Source of the DNA: a bacterium
GTDB taxonomy: Bacteria; Zhuqueibacterota; Zhuqueibacteria; Residuimicrobiales; Krinioviventaceae
Assembly: GCA_963675755.2 (NCBI GenBank)
Contig: CAXXMD010000002.1
Span: 704,001 to 768,000 of the forward strand
DNA length: 64,000 nucleotides
Direction of reading: 5' to 3'
Shown: positions 61,096 to 64,000 of the stretch, one piece after another
Position numbering within the stretch: the stretch's first letter is position 1
Layout: each line of letters starts with the position of its first letter
Notes under the pieces: generated by a model
Database searches by the model: none
Seen by the model: only the letters and a program-made list of their open reading frames with translations
Told to the model about the DNA's origin: nothing
Program-made: the position numbers and the translations under genes

Positions 61096-62280
61096 TTAAA
61101 AGAGTTCACCGGCGATTTGTTCGCCGAATGTATAACAGTTTTGCAATTCCTCGTCACTGGGAACCAATACAGCTGTCACCCCTTCATACGGAACCTTGAA
61201 TTTCATGGTTTTCAACCGTTCGTCAAGCTGAGGAACAGCTTCGCCACTCCATCCATAAGATCCAAAACTACCGGCAATCTTGCCCTTTAAATCCAGGGTC
61301 ACCAAACTGTTCAATACATCCCAGACGGGTTTAACAACATTATTATTGATTGTTGTTGAACCAAACAATAACGCATCTGCATTTTCAATTTGGTCAAGAT
61401 GTGTCAGGGGATCTAAATCTGTTGTATCATAAACAGCAACATCAGCGCCTTTATTTCTTGCGCCATCTGCAATTTTATTTGCCATAATTTCTGTATTGCC
61501 ATGTGCTGAAGCATAATACATTAATATTTTGGGTGGATTGTTTTCCGGAGCAGGTTCAGACCATTTTGCATATGCATTTATAAAGATATCCAGATCCTGG
61601 CGCAATATAGGTCCATGTGATGGTGCTATGGTTTCAATTTGCAAATCACTAATTTTCTCAAGCATGTTGCGTACATTCTTTTTAAAAGGACGCATGATAC
61701 AATCGAAATAATATTTATAATCGGGAGAAAAATTATATTTAATCAAATCATTAAATAAATGTGGATCACAGTAATGAGTAGCAAATACATCACAGGGGAA
61801 CAGTATTTTATCCGATTCCAGGTAAGTCATCATTGTATCCGGCCAGTGTAAAAATGGTGCAGGGATAAATGTAAGCGTTCTTGAACCCAGTTCCAGAGTC
61901 TCGCCTTGTTTAACTTTTCTGATATTCACTTCACGGTTGACAATATTGTTAACATATTTCACCGCTGGTCCTGCACATATAATTTGAGCATTGGGTGCAG
62001 CATCAAGCAGCTTTAATAAACTGCCGGAATGATCAGGTTCGTTATGCTGAATAATGATATAATCAATATCCTTGGGATCAACAAGTTGAGACAAGTTTTG
62101 CATATATGCATCTGCAAATTTTTCTTTTACGGTATCAATAACAACTGTTTTTTCATCTTTGATCAAATAACTGTTATATGTTGTACCGTTTTTGGTTTCC
62201 ATAATAATATCAAACACCCTTAAATCTGGGTGAAGCGCGCCTATCCAGTAAATATTTTCTTTAATTTCAACAGGTTTCAT
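61096..62280 (-). CDS. fprA: Flavodiiron protein (FprA/A-type flavoprotein)
   Basis: HNEPDH, HWPD, PSHG, SAHGNT and FGSYGWSGEA motifs. Confidence 0.94.
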   Translation of the reverse strand: MKPVEIKENIYWIGALHPDLRVFDIIMETKNGTTYNSYLIKDEKTVVIDTVKEKFADAYMQNLSQLVDPKDIDYIIIQHNEPDHSGSLLKLLDAAPNAQIICAGPAVKYVNNIVNREVNIRKVKQGETLELGSRTLTFIPAPFLHWPDTMMTYLESDKILFPCDVFATHYCDPHLFNDLIKYNFSPDYKYYFDCIMRPFKKNVRNMLEKISDLQIETIAPSHGPILRQDLDIFINAYAKWSEPAPENNPPKILMYYASAHGNTEIMANKIADGARNKGADVAVYDTTDLDPLTHLDQIENADALLFGSTTINNNVVKPVWDVLNSLVTLDLKGKIAGSFGSYGWSGEAVPQLDERLKTMKFKVPYEGVTAVLVPSDEELQNCYTFGEQIAGELF

Positions 62281-62300
62281 AATGTGTCTCCGGCGATCAA

Positions 62301-62504
62301 TTATAACTTTTCAACAGTGATCTTGTAACCATTAATTTTTACTTCTTCTGCTTTACAGTTACTCATCTCAGCATCTTCCGGTTTAGGTTTATTAGAATGA
62401 TCTAAACAACCGGTCATAGCTTCCTCTGCTGATTCAGCAACACGGATATTGCAGCATGATTTACCACCTAGATGATAAACCATGTATAATTTCAACTCAC
62501 TCAT
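62301..62504 (-). CDS. Small Cys-rich hypothetical protein
   Basis: 67 aa MSELKLYMV...KSCC...GC...NC; RBS GGAG; overlaps the iscU stop. Confidence 0.7.
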   Translation of the reverse strand: MSELKLYMVYHLGGKSCCNIRVAESAEEAMTGCLDHSNKPKPEDAEMSNCKAEEVKINGYKITVEKL

Positions 62505-62913
62505 TGTTTTCTCCCTGTGCGTCTTTATCAGACGATAAATTTTTACGATAATCATCAATGGCTGCTTTTAGTGCATCTTCAGCAAGTACAGAACAGTGCA
62601 TTTTAACTTTAGGCAAACCACCCAATGCTTCTGTAACTGCCTTGTTGGAAATTTTCAAGGCTTCATCCAGATTTTTGCCTTTAACCATTTCAGTAACCAT
62701 TGAACTGGTTGCAATAGCAGCACCGCAGCCAAAAGTTTTAAATTTTACATCAGTAATGATATCATTTTCAACATGAATAGATAATTTCATTACATCTCCG
62801 CAGGCAGGATTTCCAACAACTCCTACCCCGTTGGCTTCATCAACAACACCAACATTGCGGGGATTCTCGTAATGATCCATTACTTTTTCTGTATATTCAT
62901 TCCATGCATCCAT
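62497..62913 (-). CDS. iscU: Fe-S scaffold IscU/NifU-N
   Basis: NPRNVG, ACGD, FGCG and KMHCS motifs. Confidence 0.95.
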   Translation of the reverse strand: MDAWNEYTEKVMDHYENPRNVGVVDEANGVGVVGNPACGDVMKLSIHVENDIITDVKFKTFGCGAAIATSSMVTEMVKGKNLDEALKISNKAVTEALGGLPKVKMHCSVLAEDALKAAIDDYRKNLSSDKDAQGENNE

Positions 62914-62926
62914 AACAACACCTATT

Positions 62927-64000
62927 TTAATGTGAATGATCTGACCAGGTCATTTTATCAATATCAACGCCTTCTTTGGCCAGATCGTACAAGGGTGACA
63001 TTTCACGAAGTTTTTTTACATTTTTTGTCAATAAATCTATCAAATAATCAACATGCTCACTGGTATTTATTTTACCCAGACCAAAGCGTATAGAGCAATG
63101 CGCCAAAGAATCAGGTACATTGATTGCATGCAATACATAAGACGATTGCAAAGAAGCGGATGTACAAGCAGAGCCGGATGACAGAGCGACATCACGGCAG
63201 GCAAGGATCAAAGATTCACCTTCAACATAGGCAAAACTGTAATTCAGATTGTTGGGTAAGCGTTTTTCAGGATGACCATTCAGTTTTATATGATCAAGGT
63301 TGGCTTCAATGCCTTTGGCCAGCTTTTCACGCAACGCGAGCAATTGTTCAACATTCTTTTTCATATCTCTTTTGGCAATTTCAGCGGCCTTGCCCAATCC
63401 CACAATACCGGGAACATTCAAAGTGCCAGAGCGCATACCCCGTTCATGGCCGCCACCGTCAATTTGGGCTACCAGTTTAATGCCTTTTTTAACATACAGT
63501 GCACCTACACCTTTGGGACCATACATTTTATGCCCGGAAATTGATAACATATCTATATTATCTCGTACAACATCAATTTCAATTTTTCCCAAAGCCTGAA
63601 CCGCATCTGTATGAAATAATATATTCTTTTCATGGGAAATTGCGCCAATTTCCTGCAAAGGCTGTACAGTACCAATTTCACTGTTTGCCGCTTGAATCGA
63701 TATTAACAGCGTCTTGTCATTGATTAATGATTTTAAATGTTCAAGATCAACCAGACCATATTCATCAAGTTTGGCATATTGAATATCATATCCTTGTTTG
63801 GCAAGGCGCTTAACAGTATCAAGTATCGCTTTATGTTCAGTAGCTATGGTTATGATACGGCCTTTGGTATCAGCATATTTCTCAGCTACACCTTTAATGG
63901 CGAGATTGTCAGATTCGGTAGCACCGCTTGTAAAAATAATCTCATCTGCACTTTTTGCACCAATTAATTTAGCAGTTTGAAGCCTTGCGTTTTCAACGGC
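62927..64000 (-). CDS. iscS: Cysteine desulfurase (5' end outside window)
   Basis: Frame is open to the window edge: FTSGATESDN, SGHKMYGPKG, RSGT and SSGSAC motifs. Confidence 0.96.
   Translation of the reverse strand, partial: AVENARLQTAKLIGAKSADEIIFTSGATESDNLAIKGVAEKYADTKGRIITIATEHKAILDTVKRLAKQGYDIQYAKLDEYGLVDLEHLKSLINDKTLLISIQAANSEIGTVQPLQEIGAISHEKNILFHTDAVQALGKIEIDVVRDNIDMLSISGHKMYGPKGVGALYVKKGIKLVAQIDGGGHERGMRSGTLNVPGIVGLGKAAEIAKRDMKKNVEQLLALREKLAKGIEANLDHIKLNGHPEKRLPNNLNYSFAYVEGESLILACRDVALSSGSACTSASLQSSYVLHAINVPDSLAHCSIRFGLGKINTSEHVDYLIDLLTKNVKKLREMSPLYDLAKEGVDIDKMTWSDHSH

Overview
Low-GC bacterial chromosome segment. The gene content (TonB receptor/T9SS-type CTD/PorV cassette, GWxTD, GldAFG-like ABC, ThyX) suggests a non-Bacteroidota FCB-type lineage such as KSB1 or Calditrichota (inference). 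About 2-28 kb is accessory: MATE/MarR, a LacI-operator-flanked GWxTD-TBDR-CTD-PorV cassette, secreted hydrolases, a multidomain subtilase, a lipoprotein racemase and a trehalase. The rest is mostly housekeeping on the minus strand: tRNA-Pro, ald, pnp, the rimP-nusA-infB-rbfA-truB-ribF-rpsO operon, a his operon with leader-peptide attenuator, ackA, def, lipA, thyX, fprA and iscUS. The main discovery is a 1872-bp IS-like element (18385-20256). It has 20-bp terminal inverted repeats and a TTA target duplication, sits in the TAA stop codon of the subtilase gene, and encodes only two paralogous DUF1670-like proteins with no recognisable classical transposase. A second highlight is a synonymous-variant duplication of the ackA 3' end flanking a REP doublet, in a repeat-rich hotspot upstream of the his attenuator. 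Many genes carry indels, often in homopolymers, which are probably sequencing errors.
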